Source: Candidatus Zymogenus saltonus
Lineage (GTDB): Bacteria; Desulfobacterota; Zymogenia; Zymogenales; Zymogenaceae
Reading direction: 5' to 3'
Length of the DNA: 64,000 nucleotides
Assembly: GCA_016929395.1 (NCBI GenBank)
Contig: JAFGIX010000086.1
Coordinates: 40,819 to 104,818 of the forward strand
Shown: piece by piece, positions 18,644 through 28,761 of the stretch
Layout of the letters: every line of letters starts with the position of its first letter
How positions within the stretch are numbered: position 1 is the first letter of the stretch
Translations under genes and position numbers: made by a program
Notes under the pieces: generated by a model
What the model was told of the DNA's origin: nothing
What the model saw: only the letters and a program-made list of their open reading frames with translations
Databases searched by the model: none

Positions 18644-19510
18644 TTAGGGCCAGAGCTCCATACGCCAGCTCAAGGGCATGTAGTAATTGGTATCCGGTCC
18701 AAGCCACTTGTCGTAGATCTTCTGCCATTCTCCCTCTACCCACATCTCCATGAGGGTGAAGTTAACGAAGTCGCGCCACTCGGAGTCGTTTTCGGGAACG
18801 CCCAGTCCGTACGGCTCGCTGGAGAAGAATTCACCCACGATCTTCCAGTTTTCGGGATGTTCATCGCTTCCCTTAAGACCGACGAGGATGACGGAGTCGG
18901 TGGTAACCGCCTCCACCTTGCCCTGTTTCAGGGCCAAAAACGCCTCCGGGTAGCCCTCGAAAGAGATCACCTCACATTTGGGCTGGGCCTCCTTGACGTT
19001 CTTCTCGCTGGTGGAGCCCTTTACCGATCCTACCTTCTTCCCGGCAAGGTCCGCGACGCTCTCGATCGTGCTGTCTTTCGCCACGAGGAGCCTCTGACCG
19101 TCCATGAAGTAGGTGATGGAGAAGTCTATGACCTCGTCCCTCTCGATCTTGTGGGTCATGGTGGCGGCAAGGATATCCACCTCGCCGTCGGTGAGCATCT
19201 GGATGCGGTTTGCGGAAGTGACGGCCTTGAACTCGATATCCACCTTCAGCTTCTTTGCGATGTGGCGGCAGATGTCCACGTCAAAACCGACAAGCTCCCG
19301 CTTTTTCTCATCAACATATCCGAAGGGGACAACGGAGTCCTTCACGCCGGCCACCAGCTTTCCGGCGTCCTTGATCTTGTCCAGGGTGGACACGGCCGGA
19401 GCGGCGGCTCCCCCCGTATCTCCGGCGGTCTCAGGCGCCGGCGCTTTTTCGCAGGCACAAAAGACGCCCATCACTGATAGGGCCAAAACAATAACAAAAA
19501 ACTTTTTCAT
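18644..19510 (-). CDS. Amino-acid ABC transporter substrate-binding lipoprotein (SBP family 3)
   Basis: Start placed at ATG 19510, preceded by AAGGAGG. MKKFFVIVLALSVMGVFCAC lipobox. Typical SBP_bac_3 core (VGFDVDI..., GYVDE). Confidence 0.85.
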   Translation of the reverse strand: MKKFFVIVLALSVMGVFCACEKAPAPETAGDTGGAAAPAVSTLDKIKDAGKLVAGVKDSVVPFGYVDEKKRELVGFDVDICRHIAKKLKVDIEFKAVTSANRIQMLTDGEVDILAATMTHKIERDEVIDFSITYFMDGQRLLVAKDSTIESVADLAGKKVGSVKGSTSEKNVKEAQPKCEVISFEGYPEAFLALKQGKVEAVTTDSVILVGLKGSDEHPENWKIVGEFFSSEPYGLGVPENDSEWRDFVNFTLMEMWVEGEWQKIYDKWLGPDTNYYMPLSWRMELWP

Positions 19511-19538
19511 CGATTCCTCCTTTTTAATAAACCCATAT

Positions 19539-20261
19539 TTATAGTATCTCGTTGAGAAACGCCTTTGTCCTCTCATCTTCGGGACTTTTGAAGAAATGCT
19601 CCGGCGTTCCCTCCTCGATTATCTGCCCCAGGTCCATAAAGATGACTCGATCGGCCACCTCCCTGGCAAAACCCATCTCGTGGGTGACAACCACCATTGT
19701 CATGCCCTCCCGGGCCAGATCTTTCATGACGTTTAAGACCTCGCTTATCATCTCTGGATCGAGTGCGGATGTCGGCTCGTCGAAGAGCATGATTTTAGGC
19801 CTCATGGCAAGCCCCCTGGCGATGGCGACCCTCTGCTGCTGCCCCCCCGAAAGCTCCGCCGGGTATTTATAGGCCTGCTCCTTGATCCGAACCTTGTCGA
19901 GGAGCTCCAAGGCCAGAGACTCGGCGTCGTGCTTTTTCATATTCTTGACTTTTATCGGAGCCAGTGTGATGTTTTTTATAACCGTCATGTGGGGGTAGAG
20001 ATTGAACTGCTGAAAGACCATGCCGATCTCCGCCCTGAGGTCGTTGATATTCGTCCTCGAATCGGCGAGGTTAAAGCCGTCGACGATCAGCTCTCCGCCG
20101 TTTATGAGCTCGAGCTCGTTGATGCACCTGATCAGCGTCGACTTTCCGGAGCCGGAGGGACCGCAGACAACAACCACCTCCCCCGGTTTCACATGAAGGT
20201 TAATGCTCTTCAGCGCGTGAAAGTTGCCGTAATATTTATCTACATCCTTGAATATTATCAT
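19539..20261 (-). CDS. Amino-acid ABC transporter ATP-binding protein (GlnQ-like)
   Basis: 240 aa. [35 protein letters not shown]. Confidence 0.92.
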   Translation of the reverse strand: MIIFKDVDKYYGNFHALKSINLHVKPGEVVVVCGPSGSGKSTLIRCINELELINGGELIVDGFNLADSRTNINDLRAEIGMVFQQFNLYPHMTVIKNITLAPIKVKNMKKHDAESLALELLDKVRIKEQAYKYPAELSGGQQQRVAIARGLAMRPKIMLFDEPTSALDPEMISEVLNVMKDLAREGMTMVVVTHEMGFAREVADRVIFMDLGQIIEEGTPEHFFKSPEDERTKAFLNEIL

Positions 20262-20359
20262 TTAGAGCCGATCACCTCACATTGGATTAAAATTACACAA
20301 ATTATATATAAATGTCAACCTATAAAGCCCAAAAATATCGGTCTCATCCACTATCGATA

Positions 20360-20884
20360 TTATGTGCTGTGTAATATAGGGTGGTAAGGCTTTTGGTGGG
20401 GTTTCTTCCCGCTGTCTTTCTTAAAGGGCCTTTGAGGAACTATCATCAGGATCGGACAAGGGGCTTTCTTCAAGACCCTCTCCGAGGTGGAGCTGAACTC
20501 GTGATAAAACTCCTCCCTTTTACCGTGCGCCCCCATCACGATCAGGTCGGCTTCCTCGTTGCCGGCGAGGTTTATGATCTCGTCCGAGGGCAAGCCATGA
20601 AGAACCACCGCAGAGACCTTGACCTTCATGTCGAGACATTTGTTCTGGATGGATTTGAATATCCCCTCTTTCTTCTCCGAAAACTCCTCGACTATCTCGT
20701 TGAGCTTTTTATCGGTCAGAAAAGCGGGGAAAAGCTCTTCGTCTTTGATATTGCGCTTGTCCGACACGGAGACCACGATAAGCTCCGCACCGAACATCGA
20801 TGCCAGCCCGGCCGCCCACTCGAAGGCCTTTATGGAGACTTCCGAGCCGTCTACGGCCGCGATGATCTTCTTTACATTTTCCAT
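20360..20884 (-). CDS. Universal stress protein (UspA family) with basic C-terminal tail
   Basis: Start at ATG 20884 (MENVKKIIAAVDGSEVS). Usp ATP-binding block LIVMGAHGK...GSTSERVL. Confidence 0.8.
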   Translation of the reverse strand: MENVKKIIAAVDGSEVSIKAFEWAAGLASMFGAELIVVSVSDKRNIKDEELFPAFLTDKKLNEIVEEFSEKKEGIFKSIQNKCLDMKVKVSAVVLHGLPSDEIINLAGNEEADLIVMGAHGKREEFYHEFSSTSERVLKKAPCPILMIVPQRPFKKDSGKKPHQKPYHPILHST

Positions 20885-20885
20885 T

Positions 20886-21818
20886 TTACTTCGGCCAAAT
20901 CTCCATCGTGAATCCGATCGGATACTTTGTGCGGGAATCCCTCCTAAACCACTTCTCATACATTTTCCTGTACAATCCCGACTCGAATATCTTCATCATG
21001 GAGAAGTTGATCATCTCCCTCCATCGGGGGTCTTCCGGTGGTATCCCGACACAATATGGGACCATTGATACGAGCTCATCCACCAGAATAAACCTTTCCG
21101 GCTTCTCCTCGAGGGATATTATCCTCAACAGCTCTCGAACGTCCCCGGCCACCCCCACGACCTTCCCCCCCTTTAACAGCTCGAACCCCGAGGACAGGTC
21201 TTCCACGGGGACGAGATTGACTCCTGAAAGAGCCGTATCGATTTTATCATCCTTAATCCCTTGAGGCAGAGCTATCTTTTTCCCCTTCAGGTGCCCCAAC
21301 CTCCTTATCGAGGAGCTCTTCTTCACGGCTATCCCCGTGCCCCCCTTAAAATAGGTCACGGAGAAATCGATTGCCCGCTCCCAACCCATCTTGTGGGCCA
21401 GGCCCGGAGCCATCTGAATCTCCCCCTCGGCCACAAGGGGGATCAGCTCGACAGGATCCACCGTTACAAATCGGGGCGTTATATCAATATTTCCAATTTC
21501 TTCGATTGCGGCGATCCCTTCGAGTATGGCCCCGACGATCTCCACATCGAAGCCCGTCAAGCTGATCAATTCGGCTTCATCGCCTTCCTCGCCCGTAGAG
21601 TAGGAGAAGGGCGGAACCTCACCCCCTATCCCGACAACCACCACCCCATCCTTCATAATCCTGTCAACCGTTTCCCCAGCGTAAAGCCGCGGGGCCGGAG
21701 CGGAGAGGAAGAGGAGTAGGGAAACCGCAACCCAAATAAGTTTTAACCTTCCCGTTTCAATCGAGGAAGGACGCTCAATACCGCCCCGCCTATTAATCCT
21801 GCCTCCTTCAAAATCCAT
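20886..21818 (-). CDS. Extra SBP family-3 solute-binding protein
   Basis: 310 aa with a signal peptide. The C-terminus (..KWFRRDSRTKYPIGFTMEIWPK) parallels the C-terminus of 18644..19510 (..DKWLGPDTNYYMPLSWRMELWP). Confidence 0.7.
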   Translation of the reverse strand: MDFEGGRINRRGGIERPSSIETGRLKLIWVAVSLLLFLSAPAPRLYAGETVDRIMKDGVVVVGIGGEVPPFSYSTGEEGDEAELISLTGFDVEIVGAILEGIAAIEEIGNIDITPRFVTVDPVELIPLVAEGEIQMAPGLAHKMGWERAIDFSVTYFKGGTGIAVKKSSSIRRLGHLKGKKIALPQGIKDDKIDTALSGVNLVPVEDLSSGFELLKGGKVVGVAGDVRELLRIISLEEKPERFILVDELVSMVPYCVGIPPEDPRWREMINFSMMKIFESGLYRKMYEKWFRRDSRTKYPIGFTMEIWPK

Positions 21819-21928
21819 CTAAACAGTCACCACCCGTAAGTCTTTTATTAAAAAACGGCCTTACCCTGAAAAACGGCCGAACCCCTAAAAACGACCTAGC
21901 CCCGCCGTCCCCCTCCACACAAAAAATA

Positions 21929-23368
21929 TTACGATTCGAGAAAGACCTTATAGCCCTTGTACGCCATGTAGATGTCCGCCTTGCTCGATATCTCGAAGGG
22001 GGAATGCATATCCAGAAGCACCGGCCCGCAGTCCAAAACGTCCATCCCCCTCGCGGCCATATCCTTTGCGATGGTGCCGCCCCCGCCCTCGTCCACCTTT
22101 CCCAGCTCCCCAAACTGCCAGACCACGTCGTTGTCGTTGAAGAGCTTCCTGATGCTCCCCACAAGCTCCGCATGGGCGTCGGATGCGCCGAACTTCCCTC
22201 TGGAGCCGGTGAATTTCGTTATGCAGACACCGTATCCGAGGCGGGCGGCGTTTCGCTTCTCGTGTACCTCCTGCCAGTCAGGGTCCAGCGCGCCGTTGAC
22301 GTCCGCCGAGAGACACCTGGAATTGGAGAGGGTCTTCATGAGGTCGCCCGCCTTGAACTCGCCCTTGACGGCCGTCAGTATCTCGAGCGCCACGTCCTCG
22401 ATAAACCTCCCGCGGGCCCCGGTCACCCCCTCGGAGCCGATCTCCTCCTTGTCCAGGAAGTAGACCACGGCGGTCCTATTGAGCTCGCCGGCATCGAGAA
22501 CTCCCCTCAGGCTCGTAAAGGCGCTAGCCCTGTCGTCCTGGCCGTACCCCCCCACAAGGGACCTGTCGAGGCCGATATCCCTCGACCTCCCCACCGGGAC
22601 CACCTCGATCTCCGCGCTTATGAGGTCCTCCTCCACAATGTTGTACTTGTCGTTCAGGAGCTTCAGCGCAAAGAGCTTGACCCTCTCCTTGGCCTCCTTG
22701 TCCTCAAAGGGGATGCTTCCGAAGAGGAGGTTCAGCTTCTCCCCCGGAACCGCCTCCCCCACCTTCTTTTCCATCTGCGCCTTGCCGGCAAGGTGGATCA
22801 GGAGATCGGAGACGGTGAATACCGGATCGTCAGGGTCGTCACCGACAGCGACCTCCACCTCCGTCCCGTCCCCCTTGACGATTACCCCGTAGATCGCCAG
22901 TGGCCTCGACACCCAGCTGTACTTCTTGATCCCGCCGTAGTAGTGGGTCTTGAGCAGCGCCAGCTCCACCTCCTCGTAGAGTGGGCGCTGCTTCAGGTCG
23001 AGTCTCGGGGAGTCTATGTGGGAAACGATGACGTTCAGCCCCTCGGTCGGATCCGCCTTCCCCGGGACCACCAGGGCGGCGGCCTTCTTTTTATCCGTCT
23101 TGTATAATTTCTTCAGGGGCTTTTCCCCCTTTCCTCCTTTCCTCCCCTCGTCGGTAAAGCCGGCCTCCTTTGCCCTCCTAACTATCTCCGAGACCGCCAG
23201 CCTCTCGGTCTTTGCGGCGTCTAAAAAGGACTTGTAGTCCTCCCCCAGGGCGAATATCTTCTCCCACTCCGTCTCATCCACACTGTCCCAGACCGATTTC
23301 GGCTGGTAGAGGAGCCTTTCGGAAAGCTCCTTTGTCGCATCGCTTATCTTGTCTTTATTTTCTTCCAT
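21929..23368 (-). CDS. M18-family aminopeptidase (aminopeptidase 1 type)
   Basis: 479 aa. The SHIDSPRLDLK motif and C-terminal DMHSPFE block are typical of M18 aminopeptidases. Confidence 0.7.
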   Translation of the reverse strand: MEENKDKISDATKELSERLLYQPKSVWDSVDETEWEKIFALGEDYKSFLDAAKTERLAVSEIVRRAKEAGFTDEGRKGGKGEKPLKKLYKTDKKKAAALVVPGKADPTEGLNVIVSHIDSPRLDLKQRPLYEEVELALLKTHYYGGIKKYSWVSRPLAIYGVIVKGDGTEVEVAVGDDPDDPVFTVSDLLIHLAGKAQMEKKVGEAVPGEKLNLLFGSIPFEDKEAKERVKLFALKLLNDKYNIVEEDLISAEIEVVPVGRSRDIGLDRSLVGGYGQDDRASAFTSLRGVLDAGELNRTAVVYFLDKEEIGSEGVTGARGRFIEDVALEILTAVKGEFKAGDLMKTLSNSRCLSADVNGALDPDWQEVHEKRNAARLGYGVCITKFTGSRGKFGASDAHAELVGSIRKLFNDNDVVWQFGELGKVDEGGGGTIAKDMAARGMDVLDCGPVLLDMHSPFEISSKADIYMAYKGYKVFLES

Positions 23369-23399
23369 TTCTCTACCGCTCTTTCCCGATACCGTTTAC

Positions 23400-23800
23400 T
23401 GATCACAAAAAGTTATCCGACCTGTTTCCTATATCATACCCCCCAATCTCATCACCCCGTCATCCCGTCACCCCACCATCCCGTCTTCCCTTAAAATCAT
23501 TATCCTCCCACCCCATCACCCAATCACCCAATCACCACAGCATCTTGCTGCCCTGAACCCCACCACTCTACTGCCCAACCATCAAATCACAATTCCATCT
23601 TATTGGTATGCTCCCCCCCTGCCCCCGACAATTAAATATCTTTCCCCACCCCCACCATTGCCCCATCACCACAGCATCTTATTGCCCTGCATCTCCCCTG
23701 CCCCCGGCACCTAAATATCTTTCTCTACCCCCCCCAAAAAAACCCGATGAAATTTCCCCACACCCCCCAGGAGAAATTATCACGCTTTAATGTATCAGTC
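23400..23800. repeat. Second intergenic block of the C-rich (plus strand) degenerate repeat family
   Basis: Contains tcatcaccccgtcatcccgtcaccccaccatcccg and cccatcacccaatcacccaatcacc. atcaccacagcatctt occurs twice (23531, 23665). cctgcccccgNcaNNtaaatatctttc occurs twice. Confidence 0.75.
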
Positions 23801-23854
23801 AAGATAAAAACCCCCGAGCCTCCCACCGCTCAAAGCTGTTCAACCCCCCCTTGA

Positions 23855-24892
23855 CTATTTGCTTCCGAGGATCTTTCCCGTTTTGTCGACAAAGAACCAC
23901 CTCCCGCCGATCTCCACCGAGGCGAATCCCTCGGAGAATCTGTTTGCCCGGTCAAACCTCGGCTCGATCACGAATTTGCCGCCCTTGTCGATAAACCCCC
24001 ACTTGCCGTTCACCTCAACCGCCGCCAGCCCCCCCGAAAAGGGATTTGCGTCGTCAAAGGTTGCGGGGATGACAACGGCCCCTGTCTTGTCGATATAGCC
24101 GTCCTTGCCGCCGATCTCCACCGACGCGAGTCCATCGCTAAACGACTCGCCGTCCTCATATGCCGGGGTGATAACCATATTCCCGGAGGCGTCGATAAAG
24201 CCTATCTTCCCCCCCGTCTCCACGGCGCAGAGGCCCTCGGAGAACTCCCAGACATCGTCGTACTTTGCCTCGACCACCATAGCCCCGGACTTGTCAACGA
24301 ATCCCCAGGCGTTGACCTTTACTGCGGCGAGACCCTCGCTAAAAACTTTCGCCTCCTTATACACGGCATCGATCACCATATTTCCGCTCTTGTCGATGTA
24401 TCCCCATTTACCGTCCAGCTCGACCGGCGCCAGCCCCCCGGAGAACCTATCCCCTTCGTCGAACTTCGCCTCGATCACGATATTCCCGGAGAGATCGATA
24501 TACCCGATCTTATCGTTCATCTCGAACTGGGCCAGCCCCTCCGAAAACCTCCACACGTCGTCGAACTTGGGGTCTATAACCACTCCCCCTGTCTTGTCAA
24601 TAAAACCGTTCTTTTCCGCGATTATAACCTGGGCGCGCCCCTCGTAAAAATCGTAGGCTGGATAGAAGAAAATCGATACCTGATAGAAGCTGGGCCTGAT
24701 GACGAAGTTTCCGGTTTTATCGATGTATCCGATGCTCTTTCCCACCGCCACCCTGGCCAGCCCGTCGGAAAAGCTCCAGGCGTTGTCGAAGGACACCGTC
24801 GTCTCCTGGGCCAAGCCGGCCGAGAAGAAGATTTGTACCGCCAGAAGAGACACGAAGACCGGGACGATTGCCCATTTAATTGTTCTCTTCAT
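23855..24892 (-). CDS. Secreted WG-repeat (KWG) protein
   Basis: Start at ATG 24892 after AGGGAGG (MKRTIKWAIVPV..). About 9 repeats of the form GK(W)G(Y/F)IDK(S/T)G..VI...(Y/F)D....FSEGLA.V. Confidence 0.8.
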   Translation of the reverse strand: MKRTIKWAIVPVFVSLLAVQIFFSAGLAQETTVSFDNAWSFSDGLARVAVGKSIGYIDKTGNFVIRPSFYQVSIFFYPAYDFYEGRAQVIIAEKNGFIDKTGGVVIDPKFDDVWRFSEGLAQFEMNDKIGYIDLSGNIVIEAKFDEGDRFSGGLAPVELDGKWGYIDKSGNMVIDAVYKEAKVFSEGLAAVKVNAWGFVDKSGAMVVEAKYDDVWEFSEGLCAVETGGKIGFIDASGNMVITPAYEDGESFSDGLASVEIGGKDGYIDKTGAVVIPATFDDANPFSGGLAAVEVNGKWGFIDKGGKFVIEPRFDRANRFSEGFASVEIGGRWFFVDKTGKILGSK

Positions 24893-24972
24893 TTTTCGTT
24901 CCTCCCTTGTATAGTAAAAAAACACTCACCGTTAATCCGCTAATATGTACTATGGCAAAAATCCAGCGAAAG

Positions 24973-25668
24973 TCAAGCCTTTTTAGAGGGCTCGAATCCG
25001 CCATTCTTAAGATCGCTTATAACCCTTTTCGATTCAACCTCCTGGTCGGCCCAGGGATCGTAGCCTACTATTTTTATATCGATATTCTTTTTCTTCAATT
25101 CGCGTTTGAGCCTCTTTGCAAATATCCCCGTTCCCTTTTCGCACAGCAGGGGGATGCTCTCTCTCATCTTATCCAATTCGGGATTTCTCAAAATCTCCCG
25201 ACCATGTTTTATAGTCTTTAACTTCTCGGCCGACCGAAGGAGGTCAAGGGTCTGGGTTATTCCATCCGTCGGGCTGTCGTTCACCGTGATTATGCCCACA
25301 ACCGAGTAATCGGAGTCGATGTAGTCTTTTGTATGCTTGACGATCCTCCTGGCCTCCCTCTTGCAGAGGAGGCCGTACTTGTATATCCACAGCGCCCCGA
25401 AAAACTTGATCAATCCGGACAGGAACGTGTCCGCATAGTCGAAAAAAAGGGGCTGGTATCTGAAGTAGTTTTTCCTCGATACCCCGCCCCACCCGAGACG
25501 CTCCAGGCAAGGAATCTGCTCGATTCCAAGATCGTTTTCCAGCAGCTTCTCCACCAGCTCGCTGCACGCCCCGGCCTGGACGGCGATGCCGGGGAAGCGC
25601 AGGTTCTGGTTCAGGATGCAATGGCTCACAAAGACTATTTTTCTTTTTCTGTTGTCCTTGAAATCCAA
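24973..25668 (-). CDS. Hypothetical protein, DUF523-like N-terminus (uncertain)
   Basis: 231 aa. IVFVSHCILNQNLRFPG resembles the N-terminal Cys motif of DUF523/TudS-type proteins. Recalled only, not verified. Confidence 0.35.
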   Translation of the reverse strand: MDFKDNRKRKIVFVSHCILNQNLRFPGIAVQAGACSELVEKLLENDLGIEQIPCLERLGWGGVSRKNYFRYQPLFFDYADTFLSGLIKFFGALWIYKYGLLCKREARRIVKHTKDYIDSDYSVVGIITVNDSPTDGITQTLDLLRSAEKLKTIKHGREILRNPELDKMRESIPLLCEKGTGIFAKRLKRELKKKNIDIKIVGYDPWADQEVESKRVISDLKNGGFEPSKKA

Positions 25669-25769
25669 ATTTTGTCCTCAAATAATATAATCAAGATATT
25701 AAATTCAGGTTGGAAAGCTCAAAGCCTTTTTAGGTTTTGCGATATAGATATGAAACGCGTCCTGCTAAA

Positions 25770-26243
25770 TCAATGCAGAACCTCCCTTAACTTGTTGAAC
25801 TCGATCCTTGCGTGCTCTTCCATTGCCTCTTCAAAATCTTTGTGGAAGAACAGCCTGAAGATCGGATCGAGAATTTTCCCGATTCCGCCGAAGCCGATCG
25901 TTATGGTGTGGGTGATTCTCACCCCCTCTTTGTCGTCCTTGAGCTTAAGAAAGAGCCGTCCGGGCAGCTTAATCATCTTTTTGAACTGCCAGACGATCAG
26001 CTCCCCAGGGACCGCCTCCACGACCACCCCCTTCATCTTCACCCTGTGCCTCCCTATGAACTCGTCCATATATACCACGTCGCCGACGTGCCCCGGACGA
26101 GATTTCAATAAGTGAAACTCGAGATGCGTCCCGTTCCACCATCTCCTGTAGTTTTCGTCGCTGGGATTCAGCATAAAATCCGTTACCTCTCTTCCCGAAA
26201 GTCCCGCCACATACACTTTTGTTTCCATGATAATCATTTTCAT
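25770..26243 (-). CDS. SRPBCC/START-like small protein
   Basis: 157 aa. The size and beta-rich pattern with a C-terminal helix are consistent with the SRPBCC fold. Weak call. Confidence 0.4.
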   Translation of the reverse strand: MKMIIMETKVYVAGLSGREVTDFMLNPSDENYRRWWNGTHLEFHLLKSRPGHVGDVVYMDEFIGRHRVKMKGVVVEAVPGELIVWQFKKMIKLPGRLFLKLKDDKEGVRITHTITIGFGGIGKILDPIFRLFFHKDFEEAMEEHARIEFNKLREVLH

Positions 26244-26440
26244 ATCCCTCAGGTAGACGTTGGATAAAAGAGATTTATTAAGGAGCAGCCTTGACTTTAT
26301 TAAATCCGGGTGTCAACCATTAACACCATTCCTAAAATATATAAGCGAACAATTAAAGGGGTATTGAGCTCTTCATTGGAATAAAGCACTGGCAATCATT
26401 CTTTTTCGAGGAGAGAGTCCATCCAAGGAAGAGAGTAGAA

Positions 26441-26477
26441 ATCAAAAACGGCGTCGGTAACCGATCAGAAGACACCG
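26441..26477 (-). terminator. Rho-independent terminator after trpS
   Basis: The minus strand reads CGGTGTC-15 nt loop-GACGCCG followed by TTTTTGATTT, about 75 nt after the trpS stop. Confidence 0.5.
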
Positions 26478-26548
26478 GCCCCAAACCCGAGGAGAGGTGG
26501 TTTTTGGTGTGAGATTGCGGCAAAGGAGCGAACGAATCGCGTATAAAA

Positions 26549-27514
26549 TCAGTATTTCAACCCCACCCTCTCCCTGACGAGATCGAGGGTCTTCATCGCC
26601 TCCTCCCTCGTCTTCTCCGCCCCTGCCTTTAATATATCCCTCACCGTATCCGCATCCTTTAGAAGCCCCTCCCTCTTTTCGCGATACGGGGCGTAGAACT
26701 CCCATATCTTCTTGAAGAGCTCCTTTTTCACTTCGGAATACTTAAGCCCGGGTTTAATATATCTGTCCCTCAATGCCTCCCTCTCGTCTGTGTCAATGAA
26801 GAGGCACATCAGCTGAAAGAGGCTGTCGTTGTCCGGGTCTTTAGGCTCGTCTACCCCCTTGGAATCGGTGACGACGCTCATTACCTTTTTCTTCAGCGCC
26901 TCTTCCGTCTCGAATATATCGATGGTGTTGCCGTAGGATTTGCTCATCTTCTGTCCGTCGATTCCGGGGATTACCGCGAGGTCTTCGTCGATCTCCGCCT
27001 CCGGTATGGTAAAGGTCTCGCCGAATGCGTTGTTGAAGCGGATGGCGATATCCCTCGTCATCTCAAGGTGCTGCTTCTGATCCTGCCCCACGGGGACTAC
27101 GTCCGACTGATAGAGGAGGATGTCGGCGGCCATCAAGACCGGGTAGGCAAAAAGCCCGTGGTTCGGGGAGATTCCCTTGGCGGTCTTGTCCTTATAGCTG
27201 TGGGCCCTCTCCAGAAGACCCATAGGGGTGACGTTCGACAAAATCCATGTCAGCTCCGTGACCTCCGGGACGTCGGACTGGACCCAGAAGAAGCACTTTT
27301 CCGGATCGAGCCCCAGGGAGATGAAATCCACCGCGGCGGTAAGGGTATCGGCGCCGAGCCTTGCCCCGTCCGACACAGAGGTAAGGGCGTGGAGGTTCAC
27401 TATGAAAACGAAGAGGGTGTGCTCTTCCTGATAGCGGATCATTCGCCTCATCATGGCGAAGTAGTTCCCAATGTGGAGGGAACCGGAAGGCTGAATCCCC
27501 GAAAGCACGCGCAT
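26549..27514 (-). CDS. trpS: Tryptophanyl-tRNA synthetase
   Basis: 321 aa. SGIQPSGSLHIGNY (HIGH region) and KMSKS. Confidence 0.95.
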   Translation of the reverse strand: MRVLSGIQPSGSLHIGNYFAMMRRMIRYQEEHTLFVFIVNLHALTSVSDGARLGADTLTAAVDFISLGLDPEKCFFWVQSDVPEVTELTWILSNVTPMGLLERAHSYKDKTAKGISPNHGLFAYPVLMAADILLYQSDVVPVGQDQKQHLEMTRDIAIRFNNAFGETFTIPEAEIDEDLAVIPGIDGQKMSKSYGNTIDIFETEEALKKKVMSVVTDSKGVDEPKDPDNDSLFQLMCLFIDTDEREALRDRYIKPGLKYSEVKKELFKKIWEFYAPYREKREGLLKDADTVRDILKAGAEKTREEAMKTLDLVRERVGLKY

Positions 27515-27529
27515 AAAAGCTCTCCTTTT

Positions 27530-28204
27530 TTATTCTCCAGTTACGTATTCCGAGAGATTCAGTTTTATCTTATCCCCGGTGTTGTAGTTTAAGTATTGGT
27601 ACGACGTTATCCCCACGATGGGCACAAAGGTCATGAGCTTTATCATGTCCTTCTTTTTCAGTATTATTATGTATCCGTCCATCTTGCACCTGACGGCCGG
27701 TATCGGAATAGACGCCGCCTCCACCTGCCACCCATTATCGCCAGCCATCTTCCCGAAGTAGGCCCCAGGTTTCAGCGGAAAGGTCATGAATATCTCGTCT
27801 TCCCTTGGATCGTAGCGGCCCGACATGGCGCTGTTCATGTCGGAGGGATTGGTGATCTTATAGACCCTGTTTCCGAGGACGTAGTAAACGTAGGTCGATT
27901 TGGCAACCTCTCCCGATTTAATGCTCTCGATGTCTGTGGGATGTCCCTGCATATGGGCGCCAAGATACCCGCCGCCGTTTACAAACCTCAAGACCTTTGC
28001 CTCAAGGGATATCGGGGTTTTCTTGCCGGTGTTGATGTTCTCCCACATTCCGGTGTATTTCCACCTCGCCCCTTCGTTGATGGGGAATATATTGCTTGTG
28101 TCCCACGCCACGGCCGTCGATGTCGACATCGCCAAGAGCGGGAAAAGGGCCTTTAAAACAATTCTTATGCCGGTTCTTACTGCATTTCTCATTTTCAACT
28201 CCAT
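27530..28204 (-). CDS. Secreted hypothetical protein
   Basis: 224 aa with an N-terminal signal-like segment ALFPLLAMSTSTAVA. No recognisable domain. Its stop lies 15 nt upstream of the trpS start. Confidence 0.55.
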   Translation of the reverse strand: MELKMRNAVRTGIRIVLKALFPLLAMSTSTAVAWDTSNIFPINEGARWKYTGMWENINTGKKTPISLEAKVLRFVNGGGYLGAHMQGHPTDIESIKSGEVAKSTYVYYVLGNRVYKITNPSDMNSAMSGRYDPREDEIFMTFPLKPGAYFGKMAGDNGWQVEAASIPIPAVRCKMDGYIIILKKKDMIKLMTFVPIVGITSYQYLNYNTGDKIKLNLSEYVTGE

Positions 28205-28208
28205 TTTT

Positions 28209-28607
28209 TTAAGCTTCAGGAATGATCTTCACGATGGCATTCCTCCTCCTGGGTCCGTCAAACTCGCAGAAAAAGACGGACTGCCAGGTTCCGAGAACGA
28301 GGGTGGAATTTTCGATTATCACCATCTCCGAGGCCCCGACGATGCTCGATTTGATATGGGCGTCGGAGTTTCCCTCCCTGTGGCGGTAATTGTCGCCGGC
28401 GGGCACGAGCTTGTCGAGCCTTTCCAGTATATCCCTCGGGACGTCCGGGTCGGCGTTTTCGTTGATGGTAACGGCCGCCGTTGTGTGGGGGACGTAGATC
28501 AGGCAGACCCCCCTCATGACCCCGGTCTCCTTTACTGCTCTCTTGACATCGGCTGTGATGTCTATCATCTCAATCCGCTTTTGAGACGCAATATTCAGCT
28601 GTTTCAT
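28209..28607 (-). CDS. yjbQ: YjbQ/UPF0047 family protein (secondary thiamine-phosphate synthase-like)
   Basis: 132 aa. HTTAAVTINENADPDV and EGNSDAHIKSSIVG are hallmark blocks. Confidence 0.85.
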   Translation of the reverse strand: MKQLNIASQKRIEMIDITADVKRAVKETGVMRGVCLIYVPHTTAAVTINENADPDVPRDILERLDKLVPAGDNYRHREGNSDAHIKSSIVGASEMVIIENSTLVLGTWQSVFFCEFDGPRRRNAIVKIIPEA

Positions 28608-28761
28608 AAAATTTTTCTCAAAAAAGTTCAGGATGTTAAACTATCACCCTTGACTTTTTTTTTCAAGTACTTTTTAATACAATAGTTGTGATAAGATACA
28701 CTGTTGGTTAAAAAAATCGAGGCAAAAAGGGTCTTTATTCGAGAGCGGAGGGGGAGTTTAG

